From contig CP170459.1 of assembly GCA_047947115.1 (NCBI GenBank), positions 5,696,001-5,760,000 on the forward strand: a stretch of 64,000 bases of DNA, written 5' to 3'. The first letter of the stretch is position 1, and each line of letters starts with the position of its first letter. Made by a program: the position numbers and the translations under genes. The notes under the pieces were generated by a model that was not told the DNA's origin, did no database searches, and worked only from the letters and a program-made list of their open reading frames with translations. This document shows, one piece after another, positions 50,213 through 61,929 of the stretch. Origin of the DNA: Verrucomicrobiota bacterium. GTDB taxonomy: Bacteria; Verrucomicrobiota; Verrucomicrobiia; Limisphaerales; AAA164-E04.

Positions 50213-52828
50213 TCATCGAATCACCGCCACCCAATCCTGATCCGGATCATTCGGTGGCATCCCAATGGTTACGCTCTCCCCCCCCTTAAGCTCTCTCACC
50301 GAACCAACCAGCAGTGGACCACCTTCTCTTGGATTAAACCATCGAACACTGAAATCCCCATCTACTCCGGACAGATCCAACGTGGTTGAGCCACCCTCCG
50401 GAAGATAGATCAGGTAGTTTTCACCCGGGGCGGCAAGACAGTATTTACCATTGTTGAACTCTGGATTCCCGATGAGTTCATCAGCTGTGTTCATGTTCCA
50501 AAAAGGAATGTTCTGTTGCCGGAAGAAATCCAACGCAATCCGACAATAATTCCAGGACTGGTCACGACTTCTCCAATCCTCGCAAACCAAATCGTTTTGC
50601 GGCAGTTTGTATCCGAAGTAATACTCAACACCACCACCTCCACCCATGAGTGTTCCCCAAAGGGTATATTTACGGACTTCGTGTTGGGTGTGGATTTTCT
50701 TACCGTCTGCAGGATCGGTCCCGTCAAAACCCTGGTATCCCAGGTCGGGAACCTGTGCATATTGTGCCGTGCCGGATTCATCGAAAGCGACCACCCAGGG
50801 TTTTCCTGCTTCAGCGGAAGCCCGTGTCCATTTGACCACCTGCCAATGGGTGTCCCGGATGTTACTATTTTGCAAGGAGGGACCGGTCAACACAGAACCG
50901 TTCCCCAACAACGGGCGATACACCTTGTCCTGCTGTTCTGGAAAGGTATGTAGCACGATGTGATGATCGTAAGGATCCATGTCCCGTATGTATTGCGACA
51001 TGGCACGTTGCTCTTCCGTGGATTGAGTGTTCTCTTCACCAAGGTTCCAATTCAGCGCCAGCGCATGACCAAAGCGTGCTATCATTTCACGACAATAGAG
51101 TTTGCGTTCAATTCCGAGCGCCCCACCATCCAAGGAAGTGGGCACATTTCCATCGTTGGCCTGATGCCCCCGACGGTTGTCGTCCATTTCGGTCTCCTGC
51201 AATTTAAAATGCAAATAAAGGCCTTTCGCTGTGGCGTGATCGAAAACAATACCCCATTGATCCAACTTGGAACAATCGTAGTGTCGTTTTTCGTCACGCC
51301 CGACAAACGGCCACACATTATCACCATCCCCCCCCGCATTGTAGGTCAGAAAGGAAAACACATTGCAGCCTTTCCCGGATAAATAATTCAAAGCGCCAAT
51401 CATCCCCTTCCCTTTGCCGTTGCCCCAGGTTGGATCACCGCCGTGCCAATCCCTGATATGCGGTTCCCATGTCTTCAACGGAACACTCTGGGGTTTACCT
51501 GCAATCGTTCCGTCAAAGTCGGCATATCCCAGAAAAGTCTCGGGAGCATCGGCACCGGCTTTCAGGAAATACTCACCCGTCCCTGCGAACTGGAGATAAT
51601 GTCCGCCCACATATTGCAATCGACCTTTTGCCCGGAAGTCGGGTGCCTGTTTGTTGGTCGGCATGACGTCAAAACTCCCCTGAATTCCGTGATACGGACT
51701 GACCTCCCTGGTCTCCATATCGTGGTGACCAATCAATCCGTCACCTTGATGAAACTTTATGTCATAGTTCCATCTTCCGGTTTTATCGGGTGACAAGTGA
51801 GCGCGCCATTTGTTTCCTGAAGCAGCGGAAGTTTGAGCCGCGTTGCCATCGGCAGCAAAATACCCCGGCACCAGATAATCAGGACTTCCCGAAGCATGCG
51901 TAAAGCGAACCTGCATTCGCAGATCAGTAAAGGGGTTTGGTGAAGTGTCGGTTTCACGCGCAAAAGGACCATCCAGCGTCAACGTGAGTTTATGCCATTG
52001 ACGCCGTTCGCCTGAAACATGGACCGAACCGTCGCCATCAGGGAGACGTTCCTCTTGATTCTGCCCCAGGGAAACCGCCACTTTCGGGAAAGGCTTGGGC
52101 GCTTCTCCGGCAATCACCTTTGAAGCTGGAACCACACCCTCAACGCGTTCCAAAGATCGATCAAGTGTCAGAAGAAATTGATCAAACTCAAAACCATCTT
52201 CCCGCATGGAAAACATGATGTCATGAACACCCGGTTTCTCGACATCGAGGAAAATCTTGTAAGGCTCGCCGCAATGCTGATCCTGTGTACGCTGTTTACT
52301 CTCCCATCGCCAGGCACGCTTCCCCTCGCACCACTGCATGCGTTGACCGCTTTCCGGCCAGGTCCCGTTGAGCCCCACGTGAATTCCATTATCTTCACTC
52401 CCTGTGGAAAAGGCACGCACCCAGACATAATACCGCCCTGGGTTTTGAAAGTGAGCCCTGTAATGCAGCACCCCCAGCTTGCCTGGCTCATTGCTGAAAT
52501 TTTCCTGGTGAATGAGCTTCTCACCATGATTTCTCCTGGAATCAGGAAGAATCTCCAGATAGGCGTTGCCACTGGCACCTTCCAAGTGCGGTCCGTCCCC
52601 GTCAGGCTCAATTTGGGGATTTTCCTCATGGGAAATGACATGCCATGCCCGTGTTTCCGCCAGGGTTTGATCGTAAAAATGTTCAGCTTCGATGATCAAC
52701 AAGCCCTTCGACTCTTGGAAAACCGTCGCATCAGTGACGACCGGGGCAGGATTCGCGGCGAGCAAACCCTGCAGTGCAAAACACATAACAAAGCTTCTAG
52801 CGACCGAAAACACGAAATAATCTTTCAT
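50213..52828 (-). CDS. Secreted DUF5060-domain glycoside hydrolase-like multidomain protein
   Basis: Signal peptide; N-terminal IEAEHF beta-sandwich; [20 protein letters not shown]-terminal [13 protein letters not shown]. Confidence 0.82.
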   Translation of the reverse strand: MKDYFVFSVARSFVMCFALQGLLAANPAPVVTDATVFQESKGLLIIEAEHFYDQTLAETRAWHVISHEENPQIEPDGDGPHLEGASGNAYLEILPDSRRNHGEKLIHQENFSNEPGKLGVLHYRAHFQNPGRYYVWVRAFSTGSEDNGIHVGLNGTWPESGQRMQWCEGKRAWRWESKQRTQDQHCGEPYKIFLDVEKPGVHDIMFSMREDGFEFDQFLLTLDRSLERVEGVVPASKVIAGEAPKPFPKVAVSLGQNQEERLPDGDGSVHVSGERRQWHKLTLTLDGPFARETDTSPNPFTDLRMQVRFTHASGSPDYLVPGYFAADGNAAQTSAASGNKWRAHLSPDKTGRWNYDIKFHQGDGLIGHHDMETREVSPYHGIQGSFDVMPTNKQAPDFRAKGRLQYVGGHYLQFAGTGEYFLKAGADAPETFLGYADFDGTIAGKPQSVPLKTWEPHIRDWHGGDPTWGNGKGKGMIGALNYLSGKGCNVFSFLTYNAGGDGDNVWPFVGRDEKRHYDCSKLDQWGIVFDHATAKGLYLHFKLQETEMDDNRRGHQANDGNVPTSLDGGALGIERKLYCREMIARFGHALALNWNLGEENTQSTEEQRAMSQYIRDMDPYDHHIVLHTFPEQQDKVYRPLLGNGSVLTGPSLQNSNIRDTHWQVVKWTRASAEAGKPWVVAFDESGTAQYAQVPDLGYQGFDGTDPADGKKIHTQHEVRKYTLWGTLMGGGGGVEYYFGYKLPQNDLVCEDWRSRDQSWNYCRIALDFFRQQNIPFWNMNTADELIGNPEFNNGKYCLAAPGENYLIYLPEGGSTTLDLSGVDGDFSVRWFNPREGGPLLVGSVRELKGGESVTIGMPPNDPDQDWVAVIR

Positions 52829-52934
52829 AATAGTCTCGCATATCACAGGCCGCCTCCAAAAAAAGCATGAGGGATTTCCGACCATTTTGATAATTGTTGG
52901 AGTTAGTGAAGAATAAATGGGAGTAGCCCGCAAG

Positions 52935-52971
52935 CCAACATTAGAATCCAACATTAGAATCCAACGTTGGA
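52935..52971. repeat. 13-bp tandem repeat ending in a 12-bp palindrome within a divergent promoter region
   Basis: CCAACATTAGAAT twice plus CCAAC; TCCAACGTTGGA at 52960-52971. Confidence 0.7.
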
Positions 52972-53145
52972 AAAACGCTTTGGACATCCCGCTTAGATCA
53001 TCAGGAGGGAATTGACTTTGAACCTTCCCTTCCTCTAGGTTGTCCAACTCAATTGGAGACAAAGCAGCCTACGACAAGTATCGTCACAGCCTGGTATCGC
53101 ATATGCTAACGTTTGAATCGAGCAGCACACGGCTCCAATGGGGAA

Positions 53146-54549
53146 ATGATTATGCCGGAGAAACAGGTTACAGAAATTGATAAGTCACTGAGAGAGTTGT
53201 TCGAAAAAGGCAAGTTGGCCTACGAACGCAACAATCTGGACTATGCCATCACGCTGTTGCAGTCCGTTCTAAAAAAGGAACCCGCTTTTTACGAATGCCG
53301 TGAAGCGTTGAGAGCCACGCAGTTCAAGAAACAGGACGGCAAGACAAGTTTCTTTCGCAAGATGCTTGGCTCAGCCAGTTCTTCCCCCCAACTTGCCAAG
53401 GCCCAGATAGCTGTCCGAAACAACCCAACCGACGCGCTCGACCTGGCGGAATCCGTCCTGAACGGCGATCCGAACAACATAGCCGCACACAAAACACTCG
53501 CGGCGGCAGCCATGAAACTGGACATGGTAAAAACGGCTGTTTTATCCCTCGAACTCGCATTCAAAAACGCCCCAAAGGACAAGGAAATCGGCATACGCCT
53601 GGGGGAAGCCCTGGTGGCGGCCCGCCAAACGGGGCGTGCCGAAAAAATTCTTAAGGACCTGGCAGCTGAACACCCGGATGACCCCGACTTATACCAGGCC
53701 TACAAAGACGCTTCCGCCAACCATACCATGCAGGCGGGCAAATATGACACATTGGAAGGCGGCGAGGGTTCCTATCGCGACATCCTCAGAAACAAAGATG
53801 AAGCAGTACGACTGGAACAGGAACAACGCACCGTCAAGACCGAAGACGTTGCCGAACGCCTCATTCAGGATCAATTACTGAAAATAGAAGTCGAACCCAA
53901 CAATGTCAAAGCACTCCAAAAGATCGCCGAACTTTACACTCAGAAAAATGATCTCGAAAAAGCGGGCGAATTTTACCAACGCCTGCTCGATTGCACAGAA
54001 GGAATCCCAGACCCGACCATCCAAAAGGATGTGGACAATCTGAAGATCAGGGCCATCGATCACAAAATCCAGGCCTTGGATACGAATGAAGCCGAGTATG
54101 AATCTGTAAAGCAAGCGCTCGAAAAAGAGAAACACGACGTCGCATTCGAGAGCTGCAAAAAGCGATCCGAAAACTATCCCAGCGACCTGGCAATCAAATT
54201 CGAACTCGGCGTGCTGCATTATGAGCGGGAAGAATATAGGGAAGCCATTCAGTTATTTCAAAAAGCACAGGCAAACCCGCATATTCGCATCAAGGCACTG
54301 CACCACTTGGGACGCTGCTTTCTGAAACGCGGCATCCTCGACCTGGCCATCCGCCCCATACAAACCGCCATTGGTGAAAAGGAAATTTTTGACGATCAGC
54401 GCAAGGATTTGTTGTATGACTTGGGTTTGATCTACGAAAAAATGGGCAAACCCGAAGAATCCATAGAACAATTCAAACTCATCTACGAAGTGGACATCGA
54501 CTACAAAGACGTCAGCGACCGAGTCGACCATTATTATGCAAATTTGTAA
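53146..54549 (+). CDS. Tetratricopeptide repeat protein
   Basis: Repeated LG..Y....Y.EA...F helical motifs; C-terminal VDIDYKDV. Confidence 0.88.
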   Translation: MIMPEKQVTEIDKSLRELFEKGKLAYERNNLDYAITLLQSVLKKEPAFYECREALRATQFKKQDGKTSFFRKMLGSASSSPQLAKAQIAVRNNPTDALDLAESVLNGDPNNIAAHKTLAAAAMKLDMVKTAVLSLELAFKNAPKDKEIGIRLGEALVAARQTGRAEKILKDLAAEHPDDPDLYQAYKDASANHTMQAGKYDTLEGGEGSYRDILRNKDEAVRLEQEQRTVKTEDVAERLIQDQLLKIEVEPNNVKALQKIAELYTQKNDLEKAGEFYQRLLDCTEGIPDPTIQKDVDNLKIRAIDHKIQALDTNEAEYESVKQALEKEKHDVAFESCKKRSENYPSDLAIKFELGVLHYEREEYREAIQLFQKAQANPHIRIKALHHLGRCFLKRGILDLAIRPIQTAIGEKEIFDDQRKDLLYDLGLIYEKMGKPEESIEQFKLIYEVDIDYKDVSDRVDHYYANL

Positions 54550-54585
54550 GTTCTGACGGACCGGAACCCTCAGCTTGTCGACGGT

Positions 54586-55824
54586 TTATTCGTAGCGTAA
54601 TGACTCAATCGGATCCAGATTTGCTGCTTTCATGGCGGGATAGGTTCCAAAGAGAATCCCGACCAGCGAACAAATGAACAACCCTAACAGGATCCAATCC
54701 ACCGGAATGACAACTGGCATCTCCAGGGCATAAGCCACTCCGTTACCGCCAAGGATCCCCAACAACACCCCCAGAACCCCTCCAACCTCACAAAGCACAA
54801 TGGCCTCAACGATAAATTGAGTCATGATGTTGCGTTTCTTGGCGCCAATCGCACGTCGCACACCAATCTCACGCGTACGCTCCGTTACGGAAACAAGCAT
54901 GATGTTCATGATCCCAATCCCTGCCGCGAGCAACGAAATGGAGCTGATCAAAGCCATCCCGACCCGCACCGCGAGGGTGAATGCCTGTAATTGTTTCACG
55001 AGTGAATCATTGGAAAAAATCTCAAAATCATCCTCGTCCCCCGGAGGCACCTTGCGAACGGTTCGAAGGATTCCTCGAACTTCCTCACGAGTATCTTCAA
55101 ATAATTCCCGGCTGGGAGCCTGTACTAAAATCGAAAGGCTTCGCCACCTTGCTCCGTACCTGTTTAATCCCGTGGTCAGTGGAATAATGACGTAATTATC
55201 CTGGTTTCCTCCTAGCATCTGACCTTTCTTTTCCAACACTCCTACCACCCTGTACTTAATCCCATCCAGTTTGACCTCTTCATCCAGGGCAGAACTGTGA
55301 GGAAAGAGAACTTCCGCCAATCCGGCAGCCAGTATGCAGACGGCAAGTGCGCTATCCAGGTCATGTTCCATCAGGGAACGTCCCTGATCCACCACCCAGT
55401 TCTTGGCCGGAAAACTGCCAGGTGTTTCGCCGAACAAGCGGACATTGGGCGGGGAATTCCCATAGCGCGATGTGGCCATGCCACCCCAAAAATCGGTTTC
55501 CAAACCAATGCTTTGGGCTAGAGTCGCGCGCTCATGAAGTTGGATCCCGTCGCCATAAGAGATGTCGCGTCGCCTCCAGAATTTCTCGAAATCCGTCACA
55601 CCGAAGAAGGCACCTGGAAACTTTCGAATTTGAAAGGAATTCGCTCCCAGCTGGCTGAGTTGCGATTCAATGTTGCTCTGCAACACGCGCACAGCGGTCA
55701 TGACAACGATGATGGAAAACACCCCAATCATCACACCCAACAATGTCAGTGCGGATCGCAGTTTGTGTCCTGCAATGGCAGCAAGCGCCATCAAGACGTT
55801 TTCCTTGAATTCATGAATCAACAT
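54586..55824 (-). CDS. MacB/FtsX-family ABC transporter permease
   Basis: [38 protein letters not shown]. Confidence 0.94.
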   Translation of the reverse strand: MLIHEFKENVLMALAAIAGHKLRSALTLLGVMIGVFSIIVVMTAVRVLQSNIESQLSQLGANSFQIRKFPGAFFGVTDFEKFWRRRDISYGDGIQLHERATLAQSIGLETDFWGGMATSRYGNSPPNVRLFGETPGSFPAKNWVVDQGRSLMEHDLDSALAVCILAAGLAEVLFPHSSALDEEVKLDGIKYRVVGVLEKKGQMLGGNQDNYVIIPLTTGLNRYGARWRSLSILVQAPSRELFEDTREEVRGILRTVRKVPPGDEDDFEIFSNDSLVKQLQAFTLAVRVGMALISSISLLAAGIGIMNIMLVSVTERTREIGVRRAIGAKKRNIMTQFIVEAIVLCEVGGVLGVLLGILGGNGVAYALEMPVVIPVDWILLGLFICSLVGILFGTYPAMKAANLDPIESLRYE

Positions 55825-55865
55825 GCCAAATCAATACTCCATAAAAGCCAAATCTCACGGGTATG

Positions 55866-57095
55866 CTACTCACTTCGCAAAGCATCCACGGGATCCATTT
55901 TCGCGGCGCGCCATGCAGGAATGAATCCCGAAATCAAACCTGTAGCAAGCGAAACCAGGATGGCCAGCGCCACCACCGACAAGGGCATGGAACCTCCCAA
56001 CCTGCTTTTCAACGCAAGGCTGATCGGAAAGGCGATTCCCAGACCTATCAATCCACCGATCAAACAAATCACCGCAGCTTCGATCAAAAACTGGGCAAGA
56101 ATGGCCCGTCGCTTGGCTCCAATCGCCTTTCGAATACCGATCTCACGAGTACGCTCAGCAACGGAAACCAGCATGATGTTCATGATCCCGATACCGCCAA
56201 CGAACAAGGACAACCCGGTAATGAACAACCCTGCGCTGCCGATCACGGTCAACACTCGATTGAAGGCATCGAGAAACTGATCCTGTTGGTTGATGGCAAA
56301 ATCATCCGGCTCCCCGGGACGCACACCTCGTATTCGACGAAAGGTACTTCGCAATTCCTCCTTGGCCGATTCCATTCGTTCGAGGTCGCCCACTTTGACC
56401 TGTACGGACAGATCCGGATTTGACCAGAACTGATAGCGCCACTGCTCGAGAGGGATGATGACAATGTTATCCGCTCCCATGTCCCCAAACAACCCTCCCT
56501 GTTTTTCGAGAACACCGACCACGGAAAACGGTTTTTCTCCGACCCGCATCGTTTCTCCGATGGGACGGTTGATCAGAAAGAGGTTGGAAGAAACGTTGGC
56601 GCCGATCACACAAACCGGGCGACCGCCATCCGATTCCGCACGACTGAAAAATCTTCCGTCGGCAATCAGGGAACCACTGGTCTTGAGATATTGTTCGGTG
56701 GTGCCTATCACCTGCACACCGCTGGATTTGCGTCCTTCGTAAGTGACCGACAGACCCATTTGCGCAACAGGCGCCACGGCTTCGGACAAGGCGAGTTCGG
56801 ATTCCAGATCACTTACCTGATCATGGGTGATATGTTCGCGCTTACGTGCATTCAGCCATTCCTGCTCGGAACTAAAAAACCAATTAAACCGCTGAACGTG
56901 GTAAACATCGGTTCCGAAATTGGAAATCACCTTCAAAAAAGAGGCTCGAAAGCCGGCAATGGCCGTCCCCATCAGGGTCACGGTCATAATACCGATCACA
57001 ATACCTAGCGTGGTGAGTACCGAACGCAGCTTGTTGGACCGGATGGCGTCCCAGGCGATCACCAATCCCTCAGATAGCTCATTGAGAAAGTTCAT
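55866..57095 (-). CDS. MacB/FtsX-family ABC transporter permease
   Basis: [39 protein letters not shown]. Confidence 0.94.
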   Translation of the reverse strand: MNFLNELSEGLVIAWDAIRSNKLRSVLTTLGIVIGIMTVTLMGTAIAGFRASFLKVISNFGTDVYHVQRFNWFFSSEQEWLNARKREHITHDQVSDLESELALSEAVAPVAQMGLSVTYEGRKSSGVQVIGTTEQYLKTSGSLIADGRFFSRAESDGGRPVCVIGANVSSNLFLINRPIGETMRVGEKPFSVVGVLEKQGGLFGDMGADNIVIIPLEQWRYQFWSNPDLSVQVKVGDLERMESAKEELRSTFRRIRGVRPGEPDDFAINQQDQFLDAFNRVLTVIGSAGLFITGLSLFVGGIGIMNIMLVSVAERTREIGIRKAIGAKRRAILAQFLIEAAVICLIGGLIGLGIAFPISLALKSRLGGSMPLSVVALAILVSLATGLISGFIPAWRAAKMDPVDALRSE

Positions 57096-57805
57096 AACGA
57101 CACTGAACTATTCGATCCACTGCCACCCGTGGGTTCATCGCTGGCGATCATGCCATCCCGGATCCGGATGATACGCCTTGAACGCATGGCCACCTCTTTC
57201 TCATGTGTCACGACGATGATCGTGTTTCCTTTACGGGAAAGATCATCAAACAATTGAAGAATCTCTTCGCCGGTTTTGGAATCCAGATTTCCGGTGGGTT
57301 CATCGGCAAGGATGATGGATGGATTCGTCACCAATGCACGTGCAATGGCGACGCGTTGACGTTGCCCGCCGGAAAGTTCGTTGGGTTTATGGAGTTTCCG
57401 ATCCGCCAGGCTTACCTGTTTCAATGCGGCATCAGCCGCCTCGCGCCGCCTTTCGAACTTCACTCCTGCATAGATCAAAGGAAGCTCGACGTTGTGAAGT
57501 GCTGTAGAGCGTGGTAGCAGATTGAATGTCTGGAAAACAAACCCGATTTCGCGATTGCGTATATCCGCCAACTCGTTGTCATCCAGATCACTGACATCGT
57601 GGCCGTTCAACTCATAGGATCCTGAGGATGGGGTATCGAGGCACCCAATCAAGTTCATGAGCGTCGACTTGCCGGAACCGGAGGGGCCCATGATGGAGAC
57701 ATATTCCCCCCGTTCAATACTCAACGAGACGCCTCGCAGGGCATGCACCACTTCACTGCCCATTTCATAACGCCGAGCCAATTGGTCTATACGGATCAGG
57801 CTCAC
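57092..57805 (-). CDS. ABC transporter ATP-binding protein (LolD/MacB type)
   Basis: [25 protein letters not shown]. Confidence 0.96.
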   Translation of the reverse strand: MSLIRIDQLARRYEMGSEVVHALRGVSLSIERGEYVSIMGPSGSGKSTLMNLIGCLDTPSSGSYELNGHDVSDLDDNELADIRNREIGFVFQTFNLLPRSTALHNVELPLIYAGVKFERRREAADAALKQVSLADRKLHKPNELSGGQRQRVAIARALVTNPSIILADEPTGNLDSKTGEEILQLFDDLSRKGNTIIVVTHEKEVAMRSRRIIRIRDGMIASDEPTGGSGSNSSVSL

Positions 57806-57812
57806 ATCAAGA

Positions 57813-59153
57813 TTATTTGAGGTTGGGAGGCGTTGACGGACCGCCCTTCACGATCTTTTTACCATCCTGCAATTCACGGCTGATGGCCAGGAATCCTCCT
57901 ATCACAATTTCCCGGCCTTCCTCCAATCCGTCTTCAATTTCAAAATAGCCATTGTCACTGACCCCCAGCGTGACGGACTGCTGTCGGACCTTGTCGCCAT
58001 CCACTACAAAGACGACCTCAATGGGTTTATTGGAGTCCTTATCCTGCTTCACGTCGTCTTGATTTTTCATTTTTGCCGGAAGAGTGGCTTCATTGGGATC
58101 CTTGGCCTCGGCTTCTTTGGATTCAAGAGCTGCGTTTTCTTCGTGCGACTTGTCCTCCTGTTTGGGTTTTGGAGGGCGAGTGGTGACGCTGGCGATAGGG
58201 ACTGCAAGCACACCCTCGCGATACCTCGTCTCGACATCCGCAGTGACCGACATGCCCGGGCGGAAATTTGCTTTCTCCTTGATGTGGATTTTGACTTCGA
58301 ATCGTGTGGCATCCTGACTCTGCCCACCTGCATTGCGAGCGGCATTGGCGATTTCAGTAACGATGCCTGTAAACTCCTTTTCCCGGAATGCGTCCACCTC
58401 CAGCCTGGCCTTCTGTCCCAATTCAATCAGAACAATGTCCATTTCACCGATATCCACACGAGCCTCCATTTCATTGAGATCCACGATAGACATCACGTCG
58501 GTCCCCGCCATCTGAGCCGTGCCGACCACACGTTCTCCCAACTTGGAATTCAACTGACTAACCGTACCGTCGATGGGAGACACAATGGTAGTCTTGGCCA
58601 ATTCTTCCTCGGATCGCGCGAGAGAAGCTTTGGCCATTTCGACTCGATGCATGGATGATTGGACATTCGCCTGGGCAATCTCGCAAGATGTTTGGATATC
58701 CATGAAGAGTGATTCAGAAATCAATTCGTCTTCAAACAGCTTTTTGTTGCGTTCAAGTTCTGCTTTTGCTTTGGCCAGATTCGCATTGGCGGTCACCTGA
58801 TCGGATAAAGATGATTTGTAATTCGCTTCGGCGGAATTCCGATTTGCCACATAAAAATCCGGCTTAATCCTCAGCAACAGATCGCCCTTGCGCACAATTT
58901 GGCCTTCCTTGACAGGCAATTCGATGATTTCGCCGCTGACTTCCGGACTAATTTTGACGGACAAAACAGGTTGAACACGTCCATTGGCAACCACAACTTC
59001 AGTGATATCCCGTCGTTCCACCTTACCCGTCTGAACGCTGACAACGTCATCTTTCTTACGCAGGAAGGCGGCAAGGAAAATCCCCCCCACAGCCACGAGC
59101 ATGACCGACAAGATGATCCATTTGCGCTTTCGTTTCTTACTTTTTACAGGCAT
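57813..59153 (-). CDS. Efflux periplasmic adaptor subunit (MacA/HlyD-like)
   Basis: N-terminal TM, SPEVSG..VKEGQ lipoyl half, helical hairpin, SPIDGTV, RPGMS. Confidence 0.93.
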   Translation of the reverse strand: MPVKSKKRKRKWIILSVMLVAVGGIFLAAFLRKKDDVVSVQTGKVERRDITEVVVANGRVQPVLSVKISPEVSGEIIELPVKEGQIVRKGDLLLRIKPDFYVANRNSAEANYKSSLSDQVTANANLAKAKAELERNKKLFEDELISESLFMDIQTSCEIAQANVQSSMHRVEMAKASLARSEEELAKTTIVSPIDGTVSQLNSKLGERVVGTAQMAGTDVMSIVDLNEMEARVDIGEMDIVLIELGQKARLEVDAFREKEFTGIVTEIANAARNAGGQSQDATRFEVKIHIKEKANFRPGMSVTADVETRYREGVLAVPIASVTTRPPKPKQEDKSHEENAALESKEAEAKDPNEATLPAKMKNQDDVKQDKDSNKPIEVVFVVDGDKVRQQSVTLGVSDNGYFEIEDGLEEGREIVIGGFLAISRELQDGKKIVKGGPSTPPNLK

Positions 59154-59202
59154 GTCGATATATGATAGCAAATCCTATTAAAGCTTTGTGATGAAATAAT
59201 TC

Positions 59203-59704
59203 TCAAGATTTGGCTTCACCTCGTTTGAACACGGCGGCGCCAATGGCCCCTCCAATCAATCCGGATAAACAAGCAAACACCGTAGATGCAACAAATCCAA
59301 TAACAATGTTCTTCAAGCTCAGGCCTTCAGCCTTTTGTTGTTCCAATGCAAGTCTGGTCTGCTCAACGGCTTTCTCACCCCCGAGTTTTTCTGCCAAGGT
59401 CAAAGAAACCCATTCACTTTCCCTGGCCCCTACCTGGTAATCAAAACCAAGATACAACCCAATGGCCACCAAAGGAGTGAGAGCGCTCAGCCTGTTGATG
59501 GCAAACATTTGAAAACAAATGGTTCAGTACGCTGTGAGGCATCCAGGCGGACAGAATAGATAGCATCACGATGAAACCAAACAAGGTTCCAAGCAACATC
59601 CCTGCGATCAGCTGGGGGAAATGATTGTTGTCTTTCACTGTTAACCCGCCTTGAAGGCCTTCACCCAAATCTTCCTCAACGTTTTCTCGAAAATGGACAA
59701 ACAC
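59203..59704 (-). pseudogene. Degraded chimeric locus: DUF2085-like N-terminal fragment plus the C-terminal part of another membrane protein
   Basis: FSNVCHQQAERS in one frame; GLYLG and the TM C-terminus GAIGAAVFKRG in another frame. Confidence 0.55.
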
Positions 59705-59976
59705 GGTTTTCTAGACGGCAATACCATTCTTTACACCGGCATGCTCAAATTTGTTACAACCGATTAAAGATTCCAAAAACTCTCACCCCCCAGCCAACCT
59801 GCTTCCTATTGAAGGACTGAACATTACCCTCCCCTCACATCAAGCAGCCGCTACGGTTCATTTTCAATTCTGAGAAAGGTATCGGGAATGCTTCTACTTT
59901 GACTGCAAGCAAGTTGGACCGACGCATGAAGTCCAGCTGAGCGGAATCCGAACATAGAGAAACAATCTGATAGAAG

Positions 59977-60588
59977 TTGATGAACGACCCTTCGGCCATA
60001 TCACAAGCAAAGACCAAGGCATCCTGCGGAGAATACAATACGCTTCAGGCAGCATTCAAAGATGCGCACCAAGAGGCGACGGATTGGACGCCAGCAGAAC
60101 AGGAATATTTAAGCCGGAATGAATCCTCAGATACATCCAGACCAACGGACTCAACCGTTCCTCTAAGAAAGCATCAGCCTAAGAACCACATGCATGCAAA
60201 CCATCTCCCCCAATCAGATGACGTAAACTCCGGTTTATTGCTTCGGAACAACCATGAACAACGACCATCAAGCCACTCGATACACGGCGCGGAGAAAATC
60301 CCCTTCTTCGGCTTGGTGTTTACCATTCCCTTCATGATCCTCTTGGGTGAACCATCGTTCTTCATTGCCGGAGCTGTCTTCCTGATCGCCATCATAAGGA
60401 TGATTTACGCCGGATTCAAAATCACCCCGGTCTGGGGGATTCTCAATGTATGCGGTTTCTATTTCCCGATCCTCTGGCTGGCATACGGGATTCTGAACTG
60501 GCATCGCGCAAAAAGAGAGTTCTTGTTCGCCGCCGCCGCCGCAGGATGCATCTTTTACTTGCATCAAATAAAAGGCCTCAGCCTGTAG
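59977..60588 (+). CDS. Hypothetical protein with C-terminal membrane segments
   Basis: Hydrophilic N-terminal half and 3-4 hydrophobic C-terminal segments; start uncertain. Confidence 0.5.
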   Translation: MMNDPSAISQAKTKASCGEYNTLQAAFKDAHQEATDWTPAEQEYLSRNESSDTSRPTDSTVPLRKHQPKNHMHANHLPQSDDVNSGLLLRNNHEQRPSSHSIHGAEKIPFFGLVFTIPFMILLGEPSFFIAGAVFLIAIIRMIYAGFKITPVWGILNVCGFYFPILWLAYGILNWHRAKREFLFAAAAAGCIFYLHQIKGLSL

Positions 60589-60595
60589 ACACCGC

Positions 60596-61522
60596 TCAAC
60601 AGATTGGCTTGATGGGAAAACCGTTCAGGTGCTTATTTTGGATAGAAGCCACGCAAAGGTGCAAAAACGATTCCTCCATGGCATCCAAAGCATTTTGCTT
60701 TCGATGCACCACACCCCACCGCCTGCGCAGCACCTCCGATCCGGACGGGAAACACAACAATTGTCCAGAGTCAATTTCGCTTTTGGCCACCCAAGCCGGC
60801 ATCAAACCGATCCCCTGCCCAAGTTTTACAAAGGCCTTGATCGCTTCCATGCTCCCCATAAACGTGACGGATCGGGGTGAAAAATTCTTTTGTTTGAAAA
60901 AGGTTTCCACCAAACGACAGGTGTAACTCCCCTGATCGAAAATAACAAACCGCTGACGACGAACCGCTTCATCACCCAACTCTGGAGAAGCTTCCCACCG
61001 CAGCAAAGGGGACACAATCCAGGATAATTCGTCGGAAAAAACGGGTTGAAATTCGAGTTGAGATTCATTTTCAGGTTCCAGACTAAAAGCAATATCCACA
61101 TCACCTCGACGCAACGCTGTCATGATGACGGGGGCGTTGCCTGTAAGGATGCTGATAGTGCAGTGGGGATAACACTCGTTGAGTTCTCGTAAAACTTCTG
61201 GAATAAAACATACGGAAGCGGAAACACTGGCACCAATCGAAAACCGGCTTCGCCCCCACTTTCCTGCCTCACTGACGGCCTGCCGGGCCTCCTTCATCAA
61301 GCTCTCAATTTGTTGAGCATGCTCCAACAAACTGACCGCGGCATCTGTCAATACCATGCGTTTTCCCACCTTCTTGAACAACGTACAGGCAAGATCCTCC
61401 TCCAAATCTTTGATGGAGTGGCTGATGGTGGACTGAACTGTGTTTAAACTCCGAGCCGCATCCGTATAACTTTCGCAATGAGCCACCGTCAAAAAAACCT
61501 TTAACTTACGACTATCAATCAT
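60596..61522 (-). CDS. LysR family transcriptional regulator
   Basis: SYTDAARSL..QSTISHSIKDLEEDL..LF..LTDAA helix-turn-helix; 308 aa. Confidence 0.95.
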   Translation of the reverse strand: MIDSRKLKVFLTVAHCESYTDAARSLNTVQSTISHSIKDLEEDLACTLFKKVGKRMVLTDAAVSLLEHAQQIESLMKEARQAVSEAGKWGRSRFSIGASVSASVCFIPEVLRELNECYPHCTISILTGNAPVIMTALRRGDVDIAFSLEPENESQLEFQPVFSDELSWIVSPLLRWEASPELGDEAVRRQRFVIFDQGSYTCRLVETFFKQKNFSPRSVTFMGSMEAIKAFVKLGQGIGLMPAWVAKSEIDSGQLLCFPSGSEVLRRRWGVVHRKQNALDAMEESFLHLCVASIQNKHLNGFPIKPIC

Positions 61523-61929
61523 TCTCGATAACCTGAATAAATCCCTTTTACGTGCCTAGGTGGTGGTATCCCAGCAGTCACCACCAGTGTGAGGTCATTA
61601 GCAGATCTTGTTCCACGGCTCTGAAGGATACTTCTGAGCCCATTGTCTGAATCAATCGCAACACCCTGGTCAAAATTCAACATCGGACCGTCTTTTTTGA
61701 TTCAGCAGTCAAAGTGCTTTCAGGGATTGGCATGCGAGAGCATACATCAAACCTATGCCCCAACAGGGTGCCAGTTCGGATTCAATATTGGTCTTCCTGC
61801 TCATTATCTGTCACTTAAGCCACCCATCACAATTCTTCACATCGTCCATTCAATTATTTCAACCCGACAATGATGTGATTTCAGGGCTGTGGTACCCCCA
61901 CTGCTAAACCCTGTCGCAGAGAAAAAGTC

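Noticed and set aside
59880..60060. Eroded J-domain at the start of the 59977 ORF
   Set aside because: Faint resemblance only; no HPD motif seen.
61600..61645. glnA (glutamine) riboswitch-like hairpin before LysR
   Set aside because: The conserved P1 and junction nucleotides are not recognisable.
61728..61743. Sigma54 promoter TGGCATGCGAGAGCA
   Set aside because: GG-to-GC spacing is 9 nt rather than 10, and TTGC is absent.
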